Assembly: GCA_043228905.1 (NCBI GenBank) | Contig: JBHGNT010000010.1 | Coordinates: forward strand, 8,122,001 to 8,186,000 | Origin: Azolla caroliniana | Lineage: Eukaryota > Plantae > Polypodiophyta | Direction: 5' to 3' | DNA length: 64,000 nucleotides | Shown here: in pieces, positions 59,701-64,000 of the stretch | How positions within the stretch are numbered: the stretch's first letter is position 1 | How the letters are laid out: the number at the start of each line of letters is the position of its first letter | The notes under the pieces: model-generated | What the model was told of the DNA's origin: nothing | Seen by the model: only the letters and a program-made list of their open reading frames with translations | Databases searched by the model: none | Position numbers and translations under genes: made by a program

Positions 59701-60601
59701 TTATTAATAATCAAACTATCATCCATCCAGAAAGTATGATCTACAAACAATGAGTCATAATTAAAAAGGTACACGAGGATAAACCATCACATTGAAAATA
59801 GTCCAAGGAAGAGAAGTAACACTAGAAACTAATTACAATTATTGTGTTCTGTGATGATTTCTGTCTCACCAGCATTCTCCATTCTATGAAGGATTGGGTG
59901 TTAGTTATCTACAATATAGCTCTAGAGCTGCTTCTAGGTGCATGACAACAATGAACGTCTCTCCAGGAGAGATTTTTTTCGAAGTCATTCAAATGCTCAT
60001 AGCATTTGGAAAGGAGGTCACAGATTATTCCACTAACCACCTGAAGATTGGTGTAACATATTTATAGATTGGAGGTAGATACTCCCTTGCTACATGAAGC
60101 GAAAAACCAACAATTTCTGGGAAGAGTAATAAGATGTCGGAGTTCCTTTCGGATTATTCTTTGCAGTACATCCAAAAATAGAATGATCTTAATTCATTGG
60201 TTCTTAAAACGATGCATCTTTTTGTTCATGCTATCTACAGAATACTGGTATGGTTGTTATTTGGATTTGATCTTTCTGTGTTTGTAGAGTATTGTGAGCA
60301 CTCTACTACAGAATTGCCTGCCTATAGTAATGATTCTGCATGTTTCATTCATGGTGTAGTAACTTAGGAAAGGATTCTCATGTTGGATTTGATGATGAAT
60401 AAACTTTTTCCATTATCAATAGATTCTGCATGTTGGCCCCATTGGTGTGTACCTTTTGATGAGTAAAAATCATGGGTAGGTGAAGCTAAATCTGGCTTAT
60501 ACATGAAAAAGCGTGCAGTCATCAAATACTGTGTTAGATTGTTGCAATTTGTTTCTTTTTATTCACTTCTGTACTTAACTTGTTTTTATTGTGAATGTCA
60601 G

Positions 60602-60679
60602 GCATTGGAAAGCCGTTTACCCGAGACATGGCATTCACAGAAACGAAAGGTGGTTCTCCGCCGAACTCAGTCATGTTAA
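60602..60679 (+). CDS. bZIP terminal coding exon with C4 motif
   Basis: T-rich tract + CAG|, then ALESRLPETWHSQKRKVVLRRTQSC*. LRRT.S matches the group-A C-terminal motif. Confidence 0.8.
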   Translation, partial: ALESRLPETWHSQKRKVVLRRTQSC

Positions 60680-63232
60680 CAGTGTTGATTGATGACCTCT
60701 TGATGCAAAGTGACAAACCCATTAGATTAGGACAAATGTTTTCTGCAAATTTCTTACTCCTGATTTCTGCAGGCAGTGAAGAAATATTTAGGAATGAATT
60801 CATATGTGCCTCTCCGATGTATACATATCACAGCGTCGAGCCTGCCTCATAGAACAAGCATAAGAAGTTGTCTGGATGTTACTACTAAATTTGTACATGT
60901 AACATGGTTTTTGTAGAAATATGTCCAGGATTTCTTTCAACTGTATAACATAATTTTTTTTTCTGCTCTTCGATGAAAGCGCACGGGTGAGTTAAATAAG
61001 TTACTCTTATCGTGGTTTATCAAAGTTTTAATCAATGCCCCTTCACAATATCCAGTTGACCGAACTGTTTAATCTATGTAAAACACAAATTGACTGCGAA
61101 TACTGGTAACCGGCTTGTCTTCTTGCTTTTGTGGTATGAAGTATGTGTAAAGACTCATATACGGAGTATAGGTGAGAATGCCATCGATTTGTATAAGAAA
61201 ATATTGATTATATTTATGAAGTGTCACTTGGAGAATGAACATATGCAACGAGTAAAAGTTATAAAAATGATTGTGAGTGTACAGAGGGATGAATGTATTC
61301 TGGTGTTTTTGTTCAATAACCCTCATTGACATTAAGTTTACAACGGAGCAAACCTTTTCGTCTTTTCTTTTTCTTCTGTTACCGAAGGGTGATCACTGTT
61401 GGTAGAAACTTTTTGGATTGAAAAATAATGAACTCTTGTTTTGTGTTGATTGTTTATGTAGAGAGAAGAGTGTGTAGAAGGATGAAGAGATGGAGATGTC
61501 ATTTTCTTTTTGGTGAGTGAAATGCTATTAGGGAAGAAAGGTAATGTTTTTTACTCAAATTTTGTCGAGCCCTTTGTACTGTTTTAGAGTGAGAACAATC
61601 TGAAGTTCTATCGATCTGTGCATCAAAGCACAATTTCTCCGCAATGGAAGTATATAAAGTAGTGTTTTTAATTGTTATATGCTTATTGTGTATCCCTTTG
61701 CAATATATTTTCTCTTCAAGGCCATATATACTTTATATGGTAAGTTTAAAAAAAATGTGTTACAAAGAAAAAACATATCAGAAAAGTAGTTATTGTTGGT
61801 GGCCATCTCTGAGCCCTTCACATCACCAAGTCTTTCTTTCAATACACTCCTATGTTAGGGAGAAACGTTTTTCTCCAAAAACAATATCAAATTCCAACCC
61901 GGGCTCAAGCATGGGTGGGCTAAGTTTCATGAAATAAAGCAATTCACACATTTGGGACATAAAAATTTCTCAAAAGATAAAAATTTCCATGTGGAAATTG
62001 GTGCATCCAGCCTTCTAGTTGGAACTTGAGCTTAAGCCATCTATCACAAGCCGCATAAAAGCCATTGCTATAATGGGTTCCTAAAGTCTACAAGACACCA
62101 TCTTTGCACATCCTAACATGCTCTTTTGCTATGGTGACTGATCCATTTTGATATTTAAAGAATGTTCAAAACTTTGCATACTTATGGTGAATTAAATGGG
62201 AAAATATGGTTCCCAGATTCATTCGCTTATAGGAAGCAATGGTTTGTTCTATTCATTCTAAAAATTAAGAAATAAGGTAAGACTACATTCAGTTACTGAT
62301 CAATGGTCATCAATTTCACTATCACAGATGCCGACTTCTATCAAGTCAAATTTCTTGACAGGTACGTGAATAAAAAATTACTGTTAAAACTCAAGCAACA
62401 GTTTTTGAGTGATAAATTCATGTATGCATCATGGATTGTCTCATATGCACACATTCGCATTCCATCATTGGTATGACAAATTAACCATTACTAAGTAAGT
62501 AAATAACATGAGGCCAAGGATGACGGCCTCACCCACCAACTGAAACTGAAGCCCATCAGTTTACATGATGTCTTTTCACATCCCAAACTACAAGTGAACA
62601 ATTTTTACAAATTTATACAAAATTGAGAAACAACTGAAGGAGTGCAAGATGGATTACATACGCCCTATGTTTACCAACTGACCCACATCATTAACCAAAT
62701 CATGGTTGATTAATTGATCCAGCATGTGCGTGCACATATGCTCGATTGCTTGATTTGTCAAGTGACTTTACATCAAAAAGTGAAACCACACTATTCCCCA
62801 ATAGCCAACGATTTCTTAATGGCGAATGGAAGGACATGTCATGTATGCACACGCTACAAATGTGAAGAGCAGGGCCGTAAACATTGTCTAAACTCCTCAT
62901 ACCTAAGAGAGAAAATAAGGAGACATTAAAATACCACAAAAGTGCACCTCATATTTTTAAAAACCTAGCTTCAAGCTATAGCTGCAGGCTGCATTTTTGT
63001 GCATTGGCCATTCTGAGAGAGGAATATGTGTATCTGAATCTCAACCCCGGCTTGCCAGCCTCAGATAACAAATATTACAACGTTTCAAAACATTCAATCA
63101 TTTGCATCTTACTTAGCTCTTTTTTTAAGTTTTCAAACAAAGCTCTGACGTGATTCCAAGATGAACACCGCGGATGTACAGGGAACCTGACGAATTTGCA
63201 CGATAAACAGAGTGGTGATGGACATAACTTTA

Positions 63233-64000
63233 TCAATTCAGGATTGCAAGGCTCTCCAAGGTTTCAAGGATTTCTTTGCAACTTGAGCGTTTCGTCTCTT
63301 CCATCACAGCTGCCCCAACATCCGATGAAAGAAGGTTCTGCAATTTCTCCTCAAACTTTTGTCCTTCATCCCACTTCCCGGCCCTATAGAATGCTTGGCA
63401 CAGTACTCTGTATGTTATTGGTGTTGGCTCAATCCCAGCATCTTGCATCTCTTTATAAACTTCCAAAACGTTTGACAACCTTCCTAGCTTTTCATAGCCA
63501 CCGAGAAGGGCAGTGTATGTGATGACATTTGGTTTATAACCATGCTTCAGCATTATGTTCAAAAGCTTATGAGCAGCTTCAGCTTTGCCAGCGAATCCAA
63601 GACCATTGATTAGCACAGAGTATGTGAAGTTATTAGGTTCATGGCCCGCTTGCAACATTTGCCCATACACTTCCATAGCCCTTTGATACATTCCATCTCT
63701 CATTAGAATATCAATGACTCCCGTGTAAACTGCTCCATCTGGGTGCGTGCCCATCTTTTCCATCTTCATCAAGACCTTGAGGGCCCCTTCAGCATCTCTA
63801 CATGAGCTATAACATTCTACAATTTGATTAAACACCCAAGGTGGAACTTCAAGACCAAGCTCATGCATTTCATCCAACAAGCAATCAATGAGAACGAACC
63901 GTCTTGCAGTTAAAAGAATAGTTATCATCTTTATGTATGTTTGTGCATCATGTTTGTAGTCTGGCACACTCCTTAGCCATTCAAAGAACCCAAAGGCAAC
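63233..64000 (-). CDS. P-class PPR protein, 3' part (continues beyond the window)
   Basis: Frame open to the window edge (AFGFFEWL...YKHD..TY). Tandem 35-aa P motifs such as YTGVIDIL, YSVLINGL and YTALLGGY. Confidence 0.88.
   Translation of the reverse strand, partial: VAFGFFEWLRSVPDYKHDAQTYIKMITILLTARRFVLIDCLLDEMHELGLEVPPWVFNQIVECYSSCRDAEGALKVLMKMEKMGTHPDGAVYTGVIDILMRDGMYQRAMEVYGQMLQAGHEPNNFTYSVLINGLGFAGKAEAAHKLLNIMLKHGYKPNVITYTALLGGYEKLGRLSNVLEVYKEMQDAGIEPTPITYRVLCQAFYRAGKWDEGQKFEEKLQNLLSSDVGAAVMEETKRSSCKEILETLESLAILN

Overview
Eukaryotic nuclear DNA from a land plant. A fern or other non-seed plant is likely, inferred from the PLS-PPR style, the microsatellite-rich LTRs and TE types unusual in angiosperms. 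Four host genes are supported: an intronless VFB/SKIP2-type F-box/LRR gene (+, 19311-20975), a PLS-E class PPR editing-factor gene (-, 27105-24310), a group-A ABI5/ABF-like bZIP gene (+, 3-4 coding exons, 54337-60679) and a P-class PPR gene that runs off the right end (-). Most of the rest is nested, decayed transposons. On the left is a three-layer nest: deleted Copia > full-length L1 LINE > solo LTR. A central block of about 21 kb holds three relatives of one Copia family (A, B, C), a complete Tork/Tnt1-like Copia (D) inside another Tork-like RT (E), a Sola-like DNA transposon remnant, a non-L1 LINE with a (TCTT)n tail and a hAT end. The most notable candidate novelty is in the A/B/C Copia family: pol reads about 210 codons past RNase H into a conserved basic tail placed between two PPT-like tracts, and a conserved hairpin encloses the PPT/LTR junction. 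All family assignments come from motif recognition by eye; no database searches were run.
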